Notes: generated by a model from the sequence alone, not told the origin. Counted from the stretch's first letter, positions 52,178-63,251 are shown. The stretch is 64,000 nucleotides of DNA from Candidatus Dojkabacteria bacterium (GCA_030950485.1 JAUZRK010000014.1:2431-66430); one strand, 5' to 3'. Made by a program: numbers and translations.

Positions 52178-52683
52178 TTAGTATATTCTAAAATTTTAGC
52201 CATTCTTATTTCATCCATATATAAACCATTTATCAAATATACATCTTTACTCCTTCCCTCTTCAATAAAACCCATTTTTTCGTATAAATGCCTTCCTACT
52301 TTGTTACCTTCCATAAAAATAAGTTCAAGTCTATGCAATTTCTTTTCTCTTGCCCAATTCTCCATTTCAATAAATAATTGTTTTCCTAACCCTTTACCTC
52401 GATATTCTCTTAGTAACCCTAGAACTATAAAAGTTTTATGTTTAATTTTTTTTAGGTAACTACCCTGTGCTTCTAAAAATCCTACTAAGTTACCTTCATC
52501 TTCCACTACAAAAATATTAGAATTTGCTCTATTTAAATAGTTAAAGATGATGTTTCTTTGTCCTTCAACAGTTGTAGCTCTTTCTCCCTTTTCATAAAGC
52601 ATAAACTCTGAATCAGTATCTACGGCATTTCTTAATGATAGATATTCCTCTGCGTCTTTTAGTGTTATTTGTCTTATTTGCAT
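52174..52683 (-). CDS. GNAT-family N-acetyltransferase
   Basis: LREYRGKGLGKQLF (acetyl-CoA binding motif A). Confidence 0.65.
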   Translation of the reverse strand: MQIRQITLKDAEEYLSLRNAVDTDSEFMLYEKGERATTVEGQRNIIFNYLNRANSNIFVVEDEGNLVGFLEAQGSYLKKIKHKTFIVLGLLREYRGKGLGKQLFIEMENWAREKKLHRLELIFMEGNKVGRHLYEKMGFIEEGRSKDVYLINGLYMDEIRMAKILEYTK

Positions 52684-52948
52684 GTATAAGTAGTAATTAT
52701 TAATTCATAGTAACTTGTAGTAATTTAAGTTAAGAGCGTATACTTTCGTGCTATCGATAAAGAGATTCATATTAATAATATTTCACATTCTTACTTTAAT
52801 TTTTTGCTTTTATCTTTTTATTTTTCTTTTTACCTCATCTCGATACATTTTTCTCGCTCCACTCAAAAAAACACTCGATACTGCACTTTTTTATTTTGGC
52901 ATGAGCTTAATATTTAAAACTCACAACCTGCCTTTTTACTTTTTACTT

Positions 52949-54784
52949 TTACTTATATCCCTCAGCTTGTGCTTCGAATGCTTTCTTGTACTTTCCATTT
53001 AAACTCATAAGCTCCTCATGTGATCCTTTTTCTATTATCTCACCATCATCAATTACATATATTTTATCTGCTTGTCTTACAGTTGAAAACCTATGAGATA
53101 TTATAATTACTGTTTTATTTTTAGCAAATTCATAAAGTCTCTGAAATATTTCATATTCACCTTTAGCATCAATTGCGCTTGTAGGTTCATCCAATATTAA
53201 AATTGGGGCATCTCTAAAAAATGCTCTAGCTAAGGCTATCCTTTGCCACTGACCGCCAGAAAGATCTGTACCTTCAGGGAAATGTTTATTTAATATTTGA
53301 TCATAACCATTTGAAAGTTTTCTTATAAAACTATCTGCTCCAGATTTGATAGAAGCATTTACTGCAGCATCAAAATCATCTATCTTATCTACATCACCAA
53401 CAGTAATACTTGTCTTTGCAGGTAAAAATCCATATTTTGCAAAACTTTGAAACAAAATTCCGAGTTTTGAATACCAATCTTCTAAGTCAAGATCTTTAAT
53501 ATTAATTCCATCGATTAAAATGCTTCCACTAGAGGTATCATAAAATCTGGATAATAATTTTATAAGTGTAGTTTTTCCTGCACCATTCTCTCCTACTAGA
53601 GCAATTTTTTCACCAGGTTCTATATCTAGACTTATGTTTTTAAGGACTTTTATATCTGTTTCAGGATATGTAAAGCTAACATTATCAAATGATATAAATG
53701 GAGGCTTATTTTTCTTCTCTAACTTCTTACTACCAGATTCAATTCTATTCTTCAGGTCAATAAATTTATAATAATCAACCATATACTGGCCATTATCATA
53801 TAACGTTGAAATATTTTTGAAAAAGTTTGAAAGTGATCCGGCATAATTAACTGAAGCTGCTGCATAAAAAGTTAGTAGTCCTATTGTTATATTTCCTTCA
53901 ATAACTTGATTAACTGCAAATACCCAGAAAGATAAAATCCCTATAGTTGCAACAATTGTTGATGAAGTTTCTAATAATCCTTTCTTTAAATTTGCTTTTC
54001 TTTCAGAGCTAAAAAAATCATTAAACAAGTTTTCAACAAAGCCAAACAAATAATTCTTTGTTCTAAAGATTCTAAGTTCCATCAATGAGGATTCATCGCT
54101 TAAATATCCTGCTGCGCTATCATATAATCTCCTTGTTTCTGTCTTACTATTCCAAATATGCCAAACAGTCTTTGAGGTTTTTATTCTAACTATTAGTGCG
54201 GGTAGCGAAGAAAGAGAAATTATTAAAAAGAAAAGTGGTGAAAAAAAAGCAATAATAGACATACTTACAATTATTCGTCCCAAGTCAGGAATTATCCAAA
54301 GCATCTTACCTACAAACTGTTGAGGTCTATAAGTATAAGAATCTTTAGCTTTTCGTATTAAATCATTCTGCTTAGGGTTTTCATAGTGATATAAATCAAG
54401 TTCAGATGACTTTCTTAAAAATTGTAAAGTAAATACTTCTCCTAAGTTGTATTGAATATCCGTATCAAGATATGTCTGTATTGTACTGATGATTCTGTCA
54501 AAAATATTAATACTGAGAAAAATTATTATTAGTATCCAAAGCTCATCAGAAAACCCCTCTGATTGTAATCCCTGGTCTGTAATTCTAACAAGTTCATCAA
54601 TAACTTTTGTGCTTGTATACGCGATAGCAAAAGGAATTAAAGGAATAATGAATGTTACCAATGTAATTATAAATAGCTTAAATTTAACCTCCCTATAAGC
54701 AATCTTTAAAGTTCTTATTGCAGAGGCTTTTACTTCTTTTAAAGTTATTTTAGTACTTGAATTATTTATTTTTTTATCATTCAT
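52949..54784 (-). CDS. ABC transporter, fused permease-ATPase exporter
   Basis: Walker A GENGAGKTT, signature LSGGQWQRIALARA, Walker B ILILDEPTS. N-terminal TM domain. Confidence 0.8.
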   Translation of the reverse strand: MNDKKINNSSTKITLKEVKASAIRTLKIAYREVKFKLFIITLVTFIIPLIPFAIAYTSTKVIDELVRITDQGLQSEGFSDELWILIIIFLSINIFDRIISTIQTYLDTDIQYNLGEVFTLQFLRKSSELDLYHYENPKQNDLIRKAKDSYTYRPQQFVGKMLWIIPDLGRIIVSMSIIAFFSPLFFLIISLSSLPALIVRIKTSKTVWHIWNSKTETRRLYDSAAGYLSDESSLMELRIFRTKNYLFGFVENLFNDFFSSERKANLKKGLLETSSTIVATIGILSFWVFAVNQVIEGNITIGLLTFYAAASVNYAGSLSNFFKNISTLYDNGQYMVDYYKFIDLKNRIESGSKKLEKKNKPPFISFDNVSFTYPETDIKVLKNISLDIEPGEKIALVGENGAGKTTLIKLLSRFYDTSSGSILIDGINIKDLDLEDWYSKLGILFQSFAKYGFLPAKTSITVGDVDKIDDFDAAVNASIKSGADSFIRKLSNGYDQILNKHFPEGTDLSGGQWQRIALARAFFRDAPILILDEPTSAIDAKGEYEIFQRLYEFAKNKTVIIISHRFSTVRQADKIYVIDDGEIIEKGSHEELMSLNGKYKKAFEAQAEGYK

Positions 54785-55581
54785 TTCGACATTATTTTAA
54801 CACTTTAATTGAGCTTGTAGAATTTTATACAGCCTTGTATCAAATTGTAGTTTTTGTATACTATAGTAAGTTATTAATATATATGTCAGAAAATAAAGAA
54901 CTAGAAAAAGCAATTTTAAAAATATCTGAGCACTATGATTTAAAACATATAGTTCGAAGAGCATTTATCAACGGGATTTTTACAGCATCCGGACTATTTA
55001 TTGGAGCAATTCTTGTTTTCGTAGTTGCAACGCAAGTTTTAAATGGCGTTAAAGAAGTTCCTCTTTTAGATACATTCTTAAGAGAAACAAGATTAGATAT
55101 AGTTATAGAATCGCAGATAAATGAAATATCTGGTAAAAATGGTCAAAGTGCTGTTATAGATAGTTCTGAGTCATACTCCAACTTAACTTATACAAATTCT
55201 ACATATAATTTTTCTTTTGATTATCCAGTTATCTTCTCCTCTACTTTTGAAGGATCTATTGCCGAAGAAGATAATTCTTATTTAATTTCATTAAGAAACG
55301 GTAAGATTTACGTTGACTCAATAGATATTTATATAAACCACAGTATAGAGTTTAGTGGATCAAGTTATACAGAAGTAGTTAATAACAATCTTATAGGCGA
55401 TATTGAAATGTATATTTTTGAGGAAGAAATTACTATTGATTCTGTAAGCTATCCAAACCCAACTATTATAGCTAGTTTTGAAAAAGGTGGAGATGAATAT
55501 GTTGTTATAGTTAAAGCTAAAGAAAGCAATTCAGCTATAGCTAGAGAATTACTTACAAGTATCCTGCAAAGTGTATTGTAA
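54757..55581 (+). CDS. Hypothetical membrane protein. The likely start is the ATG near 54884.
   Basis: ORF with one TM helix (FTASGLFIGAILVFVVA). Confidence 0.35.
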   Translation: MNYLFFYHSFRHYFNTLIELVEFYTALYQIVVFVYYSKLLIYMSENKELEKAILKISEHYDLKHIVRRAFINGIFTASGLFIGAILVFVVATQVLNGVKEVPLLDTFLRETRLDIVIESQINEISGKNGQSAVIDSSESYSNLTYTNSTYNFSFDYPVIFSSTFEGSIAEEDNSYLISLRNGKIYVDSIDIYINHSIEFSGSSYTEVVNNNLIGDIEMYIFEEEITIDSVSYPNPTIIASFEKGGDEYVVIVKAKESNSAIARELLTSILQSVL

Positions 55582-55899
55582 AAAAAAGGTATTGGCGCGC
55601 CTCAAGATTCTTTGTATAGTGGATCTAATGTTAATGGTTCGCGTACATACTAGAGCCATTCTTTTCAGTTTGATTCTAGCAACTTAGAAAGAATCACTAA
55701 CAAAAGAATCTAAATATATCTTACCAACTGAATTTAACTAGGTCAATGTAAATATTTGGAGATATTATTATCTTGTAGGTGTAGTTTATATTAGTACGAT
55801 ATCGAATAACTAACATTTAGGTTAGTTATATATACCTTAATTCAAAGAGTATAAGTTAGCTAACTCTATTTAGAATATATATATTCTATTATAAACAGA

Positions 55900-56409
55900 T
55901 TATTTCTTCTGTTTAAACATTAATTCTCGCTTATATTCTGAGATATCGATAAAGTCATCTGCAGTTTCCATAAGTGTATTATTAGCAGTCTTCTTGAAAG
56001 CAATTACCTCAACTAAACAACCCGCAGATTGAAGAAAAGTAACAACTGGAACAAAGTCACCATCTCCTGAAACTAAAACTATCGAGTCTACTTTTGGAGC
56101 AAGTCTAACAGCATCCATTGCAATTCCAACATCCCAGTCTCCTTTTTTAGCTCCTCCTATAAATGTCTGTAAGGCTTTTTCTTTAATCTCAAAGCCTGCA
56201 GTATTTACTGCCTCAAAAAATTCATTCTGTTCTCCAGGCTCTGCATTAATAACATATGCTATTCCTCTAGTCAGAGGTCTGTCTTGAACTGCAAGTTTTA
56301 GTAAATTCTTAAAATTCACCTTAGCTCTGTATAAATTTTTTGCTGAGTAATAAAGGTTTTGTACATCTACTAATACAGCAACTCTTTGATTTGGATTTCT
56401 TACAATCAT
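55900..56409 (-). CDS. NYN-domain (LabA-like) protein
   Basis: VAVLVDVQNLYYSAKN ... IVLVSGDGDF matches NYN/LabA. Confidence 0.65.
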   Translation of the reverse strand: MIVRNPNQRVAVLVDVQNLYYSAKNLYRAKVNFKNLLKLAVQDRPLTRGIAYVINAEPGEQNEFFEAVNTAGFEIKEKALQTFIGGAKKGDWDVGIAMDAVRLAPKVDSIVLVSGDGDFVPVVTFLQSAGCLVEVIAFKKTANNTLMETADDFIDISEYKRELMFKQKK

Positions 56410-56558
56410 ATTTTTTATGTAACATTTTTATATACATATAATATAGCAATTTAACCTTAAATAGCAAGTAAGTTTAAAATATTAACTATAATCAATAAAT
56501 AAGTAAACTACACAATAGAGTTATGAAGATTGTATAACTGAGTTTAGAGAGTACTATT

Positions 56559-57446
56559 TTAATTAATCTTAAAGTCCAATTTATCATCGTCTCTTCGCCC
56601 TACATTAAATGCATCTTGGAGTTCAGTCACTGCACTTTCAAATCCTGGGATTACCGATTCAATTGCCCCTGTTTCTAATAAAGGGTATAGCTTTGAAACT
56701 AAATTTTTAGATAAGCTTTCTTCAACTTCAGCTCCAGTTTCCTTTAACAATAAGTTAAATTCATTCATAGCATCATTAAGATCAGCTATTTCTCCTGTTC
56801 TAGCTATAATAGGTCCCTCAAGACTTACTAGTTCTGTTAAAGACTCTCCGTTGTATAGATTAATCGCTATTCTTAAATTCCAAATTTCGTTTCCAAATTG
56901 AATTTCTCTATATGCTTCAACAGTTATCAACTGATTTTTAGAAATACAACTTACTCTAAGGCGCATACTTTCATTTAAATATTGATTCCCATTTATTTCG
57001 GACATTTCATCTACTAAATAGTGTGCAGTAGTAATAATACAATCTTCGTTTAATTGAAGTTGTCCATTATCAAATGTAGGATTCTCCACTACAATACCAA
57101 AAGACATGTCTGCATCCTGATTTGATAAAATTTCATCAGCAAAAAAATATATTAGTGCTTTTGCTCTTTCATTAGGACCTTTAAAAGATCTCGTTAAATC
57201 TTCACCTGGGAAATAAGCAGACTGATGCCTTAGTGATTCAGGCATAACAAATTTTGCCTGAGCATTACCATCAGCTTGACGTGAATAAATTCCAAATGCT
57301 AAATTAGTACCATTAGTCTCAATTTTTATAAACTGCAGACCATCATCAGTAAAATTATCTAAATGAATAGTCGTATTACTACCTTGAACACCTTTTGTTA
57401 GTAAATCATAATGCTCCCATTCTTCTTTTTTTTCCATCAACGTCAT
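56559..57446 (-). CDS. Hypothetical protein
   Basis: 295-aa ORF. Confidence 0.35.
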   Translation of the reverse strand: MTLMEKKEEWEHYDLLTKGVQGSNTTIHLDNFTDDGLQFIKIETNGTNLAFGIYSRQADGNAQAKFVMPESLRHQSAYFPGEDLTRSFKGPNERAKALIYFFADEILSNQDADMSFGIVVENPTFDNGQLQLNEDCIITTAHYLVDEMSEINGNQYLNESMRLRVSCISKNQLITVEAYREIQFGNEIWNLRIAINLYNGESLTELVSLEGPIIARTGEIADLNDAMNEFNLLLKETGAEVEESLSKNLVSKLYPLLETGAIESVIPGFESAVTELQDAFNVGRRDDDKLDFKIN

Positions 57447-57550
57447 TCATTAACGAAATAATTACACAAATAGTTAGAAAAACAGAAGAGTACGTTACTA
57501 ATGTTTTATTTAAAAGCCCCATATTTATTTAATAATAATAGTGTTGAATT

Positions 57551-57576
57551 ATATATATATATATATATATATATAT
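57551..57576. repeat. (AT)13 dinucleotide microsatellite in a divergent intergenic region
   Basis: atatatatatatatatatatatatat read directly. Confidence 0.9.
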
Positions 57577-57679
57577 GGAGCAATAAGTTGCATATTTATT
57601 GCATACTAAGCTTTTAACTCTACTTTCTACTTTTTACAATAAAAGCTATAATCATTGTGCTTAAATTAACATAAAAACT

Positions 57680-58762
57680 ATGAAATTATCTTTAGGAATT
57701 GTTGGTCTTCCAAATGTTGGTAAATCTACTCTATTTAATGCTCTTACAAAACAGCAAGTTTTAGCTGAGAATTACCCATTTGCTACTATTGATCCTAACG
57801 TTGGAGTAGTAGCTGTACATGATGAAAGAATTAATAAGATTGCAGAAGTAGTAAAACCTAACAAAACAGTATCGGCAACAGTTGAATTTGTTGATATTGC
57901 AGGACTGGTTAAAGGAGCTGCAGAGGGAGCAGGGTTAGGAAATAAGTTTCTAGCTAATATTAGAGAAACAAATGCTATTGTTCATTTAGTTAGGGCTTTT
58001 AATGATGGAAATATAACTCATGTTGAGAATGGAATTGATCCTAAACGTGATATTGAATTAATTAATATTGAATTAATTTTAAAGGACTTAGATAGTGTAA
58101 AGAATAAAATTGGATCAATGGCTGCAAAGGCTAAATTCGATCAAAAGTTAAAACAGGCAGTTACTCATTTAGAAGAACTATATAAACATTTAGAGGAGGG
58201 TAAACTTGCAGTAGATTTCCCTATGCCAAAGGATGAAGATGTTAAGTACGAGAGAAGGAATATCTTTTTATTAACAGATAAGCCTGTAATCTATCTTGTA
58301 AATGCTACAGAGGATCAATTTGAAGAAAGTTATAAGATGGTTAAAGAAATCGTTGGTGATAAGGATGTTATTACTATGGATATAAAGTTAGAGGCTGAAT
58401 TAGGAGAGATGGATGATGGAGATAGAGATGAATTTATGAAAGATTTAGGTTTAGAAATGACTGGGCTTGAGAAATTAACAATGGAGGCATATAAACTACT
58501 TGGTTTAATCTCATATTTTACAGCTGGTGTTCAAGAAGTAAGAGCATGGACTATTAAGAAAGGTGAGAATGCGAAACAAGCGGCGAGAGCTATTCATAAT
58601 GATATTTCGGATAATTTCATTGCGGCTGATGTAACTAGTTGGGACGCTTTTGTAGAATTAGGCGGCTGGGTAAAGGTTAAAGATGGTGGAAAGCTTCGAC
58701 TGGAAGGTAAAGAGTATATTGTTGCAGACGGAGATGTGGTTTTGTTTAAGCATAACGGGTAA
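57680..58762 (+). CDS. ychF: Ribosome-binding ATPase YchF (Obg family)
   Basis: GIVGLPNVGKSTLFNALT, DIAGLVKGA and a TGS C-terminal domain. Confidence 0.9.
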   Translation: MKLSLGIVGLPNVGKSTLFNALTKQQVLAENYPFATIDPNVGVVAVHDERINKIAEVVKPNKTVSATVEFVDIAGLVKGAAEGAGLGNKFLANIRETNAIVHLVRAFNDGNITHVENGIDPKRDIELINIELILKDLDSVKNKIGSMAAKAKFDQKLKQAVTHLEELYKHLEEGKLAVDFPMPKDEDVKYERRNIFLLTDKPVIYLVNATEDQFEESYKMVKEIVGDKDVITMDIKLEAELGEMDDGDRDEFMKDLGLEMTGLEKLTMEAYKLLGLISYFTAGVQEVRAWTIKKGENAKQAARAIHNDISDNFIAADVTSWDAFVELGGWVKVKDGGKLRLEGKEYIVADGDVVLFKHNG

Positions 58763-58877
58763 GGCAAAAATTAAAAGTAGAAAGTAAATAGCAAATAAAA
58801 AACAAAGTGCAGTATCGAGTGTTTTTCGAACGGAGCGAGAAAAATGTATCGAGATGAGAGAGATCTTAAACTAAAAA

Positions 58878-59972
58878 CTACAAATTACCATAAATACTTA
58901 AAAGCACGCTTTCATTCTCACTATTCGAATATCTTTTAGCAGTAGTAATCGCGTTAGATCTAATTCCCTGTACTACTTCCCAATTATTATAAATATACTC
59001 AATTTTCATAACTAACTCTTCCTTTGTATTCACTATAAACCCATTCTCCCCATCTTTAATAAACTCATTAGATCCTTTAGTATTAGATGAAATTACAATA
59101 CATCCTCTAGACATAGCTTCTAAAGTAGTCATACCGAAACTTTCTCTCATACTAGCTATGATATAGATATCTGAGTTATCAGCCTCACTTATAAATTCTT
59201 CCTTTGTATAGGCTTTTAAGTCTATGTTTAGATTATTTAAATCTGAACTGAATTCATTATATCCTTGTAGTGGTCCAATAATTTTAAATTTAATACTTGG
59301 TATTTTCTTAGCAGCATACTTTATCCATTCAGGTCTCTTTACTGTGTCTACTCTACCCATAAAAAATACTCTATTTGTTCTACTTGAGTTGACTTTAGAG
59401 TTCTCAAAGAATTTATCATCTATAGAGTTTGGAATTGTAACTTGTTTTCCCTCAGAGACTAACAGTTTTTTTAGATAAGGTTTCTCCCAATCTGCAACTC
59501 TTATTACCTTGTCGTATAACTTTAACTCCCACCAACCTATTAATATATCGTAAGTTTTATCCATAAATTTTAGAAAGATCGACCTTCTTGAATCCTTATC
59601 GAATGGCCCGTGTGTTGTCAATAAGACTTTCTTCCGTAATAGTTTGCCTATTATCAATGCTTGTAAGCTGTGGGGGTGTCTATAGCCGTGAGTGTGTATT
59701 ATAGCTGGTTTAGTTTTGATTATTGAAAGGATTGGGAACCAAAACATAGAAGTACCTCCAAGCTTAAACCAAACTTTAAATCTTTTTACTTTTATATCTT
59801 CAAATTCATCATTCTTAGTTAGCTTTTCTTTTGTGCCTTTTAGAATATTTGAGCTGAATATTTCTACGATATTACCAGCTTTTTTTAAAGATACTGCATT
59901 ATTAAATGCAACTTGCCATATTCCGCATGCAGATGGTTTAGAGTATGGTGTTAGTATTAGTATTTTTTTCAT
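58878..59972 (-). CDS. Glycosyltransferase family 4 (GT-B fold)
   Basis: ESFGMTTLEAMSRGCIVISS...ENGFIV (EX7E motif). Confidence 0.65.
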   Translation of the reverse strand: MKKILILTPYSKPSACGIWQVAFNNAVSLKKAGNIVEIFSSNILKGTKEKLTKNDEFEDIKVKRFKVWFKLGGTSMFWFPILSIIKTKPAIIHTHGYRHPHSLQALIIGKLLRKKVLLTTHGPFDKDSRRSIFLKFMDKTYDILIGWWELKLYDKVIRVADWEKPYLKKLLVSEGKQVTIPNSIDDKFFENSKVNSSRTNRVFFMGRVDTVKRPEWIKYAAKKIPSIKFKIIGPLQGYNEFSSDLNNLNIDLKAYTKEEFISEADNSDIYIIASMRESFGMTTLEAMSRGCIVISSNTKGSNEFIKDGENGFIVNTKEELVMKIEYIYNNWEVVQGIRSNAITTAKRYSNSENESVLLSIYGNL

Positions 59973-60096
59973 ATTTTAATTATCTCATATATTAAAAAGC
60001 TATGTCTCCTAATATGCGCAGCATTTTTATTTTGTTATAATGGTTTTATACAAACATAATTTAATGGGTTATGAATATAGATTTATACTAATTTAA

Positions 60097-61500
60097 ATGG
60101 CATTGTCCGTAGAAGAGAATAAAAAACTAAAAAAGATATCTCAAAATATCTTGTCAGATTTAGAAAAAGCTGGTGGATATTATATAGGTTCTAAGTTTGA
60201 TAGAAAGAAAAATCGAATGATGCCTTCACCAAGTCCATACTATATTTCTCAAAGAAAACTATCCCTTTGTGAAACCAACGGTGAGAAAATTTTCAAAATG
60301 TGGGATACAACTCAGATGCTTTATAAAAAAGCAATACTTGGAGAAATAGAAGAACCTAATTTAATACTACAAACTATTGAAGGCGATATAACTCAGGCAC
60401 AAAGAGAAGTACAAAGACTAATTGCCAGAAAACAAAGTACTTTACCTATATTTGCTAGAGCTGATCTTACTAGTTTCTGGCATCTTGCTGAAGTGCAAGA
60501 AAGAATGGGGGCGCTTGGTTTATTTCAAAATTGGCTAGAAGCGATTAAAAAAAATATACCTTTGGAAGAAGGTACCGAATATATCGGTAAAGAGAGTTTA
60601 ATTGATGATATAGTCAAAGGAATAATAGAATCAACTCAAAAAGAAGATCCAACAGTTGTACTTATAACACCAAAAAACTATTTAGCTGAACAAAAATCTT
60701 TAGCTAAGAAGCTTTCTAGCTTAGGTATTATCACTTTTGTGGTAGAAAAGGATAAATTGGATAATCTCAAAGTAAAAGATGGTTATATATATTATCCAGT
60801 AAATAGAAAAAAACAAGTAAAAGTTGACTTCATATATAGAAGAGAGGTAAATGCTGCAATACTTGCAAACTCAAACATAGGAAAAAATATAATTGAAGCC
60901 TCAATTGAAAACAAAGTTGTATGTGAGCCACCTCTCAATATGATATATGATACGAAGTCTCCATTAGCCTTTGTTAAACACCCTAGGCTGAGTAAATTCT
61001 TTACAAATGAAAGTGAAATAGTACCAGAAACATCTTTTATTCCAGCTAATAAGAATCTATCATTTATTTATAAAGGACAAAACCTCAATTTAGAACAAAT
61101 ATTAGACTTATCAGTCTCCAAAAGACTTTTTGTAATTAAATATAGCGGCCCAAATATAGAATATGGCTTTGGAGGAAGAGGAGTATTTAATGTTAATGAT
61201 AGTAGAAGAAGTGCAAATAGAGTTTTAGACATTGCCATAGAGCAAGTCAAATTAGGTAATCCTTGGATCATTCAAAATTATGATAAGACAAGAGCACATT
61301 TAATTTGGTTAGATAAATCAAACGAAGTTAAAGAAACTAATAAAAGTGCATCTAGATGGATGGTTTATTATAGGAGAGAAAAGAATGGTAAAGTAAACTT
61401 GTTTAATATAATGGGAACAAATCGACCAGGAGACTCTTGGAAAGCATCAGGTAGCCCAAAGTCTGTTGTTCAAACTGTGAGATTCTTACCCAAATCCTAA
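60097..61500 (+). CDS. Hypothetical protein, possibly ATP-grasp-like
   Basis: 467 aa. Weak resemblance only (Gly-rich FGGRGVF). Confidence 0.35.
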   Translation: MALSVEENKKLKKISQNILSDLEKAGGYYIGSKFDRKKNRMMPSPSPYYISQRKLSLCETNGEKIFKMWDTTQMLYKKAILGEIEEPNLILQTIEGDITQAQREVQRLIARKQSTLPIFARADLTSFWHLAEVQERMGALGLFQNWLEAIKKNIPLEEGTEYIGKESLIDDIVKGIIESTQKEDPTVVLITPKNYLAEQKSLAKKLSSLGIITFVVEKDKLDNLKVKDGYIYYPVNRKKQVKVDFIYRREVNAAILANSNIGKNIIEASIENKVVCEPPLNMIYDTKSPLAFVKHPRLSKFFTNESEIVPETSFIPANKNLSFIYKGQNLNLEQILDLSVSKRLFVIKYSGPNIEYGFGGRGVFNVNDSRRSANRVLDIAIEQVKLGNPWIIQNYDKTRAHLIWLDKSNEVKETNKSASRWMVYYRREKNGKVNLFNIMGTNRPGDSWKASGSPKSVVQTVRFLPKS

Positions 61501-61521
61501 AACAAAATATTAAATATTTAA

Positions 61522-61558
61522 AAGACCTCAGCTTATAAGCAAACTGAGGTCTTCTTTG
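61522..61558. terminator. Bidirectional intrinsic terminator between convergent genes
   Basis: agacctcagcttataagcaaactgaggtct followed by tctttg. Confidence 0.55.
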
Positions 61559-61572
61559 AAATCAGAAACTCA

Positions 61573-62343
61573 TTACCCAAGTAATTCCCATAATGTTTTA
61601 TGAATTGATAGGAATGCATCATGCAGGATCTTAGAATTAATCAAAATTGCATGTGGTTTTGTCTTATTTAGTTCAATAAGGGCAACTTGCTCATCAAATA
61701 TCAATACATCAAAGTCTGAAGAAAATACCTCAGGATATACAAATTTTACATGATAATCTTTCCATTGCTTTTCACTAAGATCTCTTGCAGACTTACTATC
61801 CTTAAAAATTCTAAAAACATTTCTAGTCCTCTTTTCTGTTAATGCTTTTTCATGAAGTCCCATAGGGCCTCCAAAAACATCTACAAATTTATCAAAATCT
61901 GCAAAAGAATACATATCCGTAACATTTGCTGTCATATTATAAATATATCTGACTTCTTCTTTACCTTCGTAATATTTAACAGCCAACTTACTATTCTCTC
62001 TCCCCTCTGGAACCATCTTATCAATAAGCTTCACAATTTCAGGTAAACCTTGCTCCATTTTCTGAACAGCCCATCTTTTTTGTTCAATTAAAAACTTCAA
62101 TTTCTCTGGCGATTCAGCAACAACCATTCTTCTTTCACCATAATTCGTCTGACTAACTAAACCTTTCTTGATCAACTCTTCTACATTGTTATGGGTAGTA
62201 GATCTTTTTATTTTAGTCTTTCTTGAAAGATTCATTATAGTATTTGGCCCTGTTTTTAGAAGTGCTAAATATAAATTTATCTCTCTATCTGTAAGTCCGA
62301 ATTCTGTTAAAAACACTTTAAGATTGACATCTACTTTGTCCAT
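61573..62343 (-). CDS. TrmB-like wHTH transcriptional regulator
   Basis: N-terminus DREINLYLALLKTGPNTIMNLSRKTKIKRSTTHNNVEELIKKGLV is a TrmB-type wHTH. Confidence 0.5.
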   Translation of the reverse strand: MDKVDVNLKVFLTEFGLTDREINLYLALLKTGPNTIMNLSRKTKIKRSTTHNNVEELIKKGLVSQTNYGERRMVVAESPEKLKFLIEQKRWAVQKMEQGLPEIVKLIDKMVPEGRENSKLAVKYYEGKEEVRYIYNMTANVTDMYSFADFDKFVDVFGGPMGLHEKALTEKRTRNVFRIFKDSKSARDLSEKQWKDYHVKFVYPEVFSSDFDVLIFDEQVALIELNKTKPHAILINSKILHDAFLSIHKTLWELLG

Positions 62344-62527
62344 ACTTTATTTAATAATAATTGTCATATATAATTGTCGCCTTTGTTATTATAACAGAGT
62401 AAACCCCTTGCTGTAAAGTGTATTCAATCTGTAACAATGTCCTGACAACACAGCCATACGAAACCTTGTATAATATTTACTAGTTGCAATATCAGACGGT
62501 TTAGCATATAATAAATGTATCTAATCC

Positions 62528-62833
62528 TTGGCAACAAAAATGAATTATTCAGATTACTCAATTGATTATCCGGAATACTTATCTTATAAAGAAAGTATGA
62601 AAGTTGAAGGTAAGTTAAAAGAGATTTGGGATGATTTACTTAACAGAATTAGTGAAGAAAATTTAAAGAAAGAAGCAATTAAGAAAGGTTTTGAAATTGT
62701 TGATAATCCAGATATGGAAGACGACGTTATTGCTTACTACTTTATGTTTAAAATCCCCGAAGCCAGCGCTGAATTAGAAAAATATCTAGAAGAGAGTTTG
62801 TATCCATTTTTGGTTTGTTTAAAGGAAGATTAA
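62528..62833 (+). CDS. Hypothetical protein
   Basis: 101-aa acidic ORF. Confidence 0.3.
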   Translation: MATKMNYSDYSIDYPEYLSYKESMKVEGKLKEIWDDLLNRISEENLKKEAIKKGFEIVDNPDMEDDVIAYYFMFKIPEASAELEKYLEESLYPFLVCLKED

Positions 62834-62944
62834 AAGAGTTAATAAAATTATAAATAAAAACAAGGTATTAATCTTGTTTTTTTGTTTTCTTAGTGAGTTT
62901 GATTATTTAGTCTTTATAAACTATAATTATTCAGTTCTTTGAAA

Positions 62945-63018
62945 GCGAGTATCGTATAGTGGTATTATCCCTGCCTTCCAAGCAGGTGACACGGGTTCGA
63001 GTCCCGTTACTCGCTCCA
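62945..63018 (+). tRNA. tRNA-Gly (anticodon UCC), CCA encoded
   Basis: Acceptor GCGAGTA/TACTCGC, anticodon stem CCTGC/GCAGG with loop CTTCCAA, T-arm ACGGG-TTCGAGT-CCCGT, 3' TCCA. Confidence 0.8.
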
Positions 63019-63030
63019 ATTAAAATTAAA

Positions 63031-63052
63031 ACACCGAAAGGTGTTTTTTTGT
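63031..63052 (+). terminator. Intrinsic terminator after tRNA-Gly
   Basis: acaccgaaaggtgt hairpin followed by ttttttt. Confidence 0.6.
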
Positions 63053-63251
63053 TTATAGAATATAATCAAAGATTCCCCGAATCATTAAATTGCACACTCT
63101 AAATCTTCAAAATACACTTCATTTGGAACTCACATAACTTTAATAGTAGGAAATTTCTAAAAAATGTATCAAAACTTGCGCCGTAATACAATGTTATAAA
63201 CAAAAAATAATGATATAAACGTTATAACTTATATCTATATTGAACATTCGT

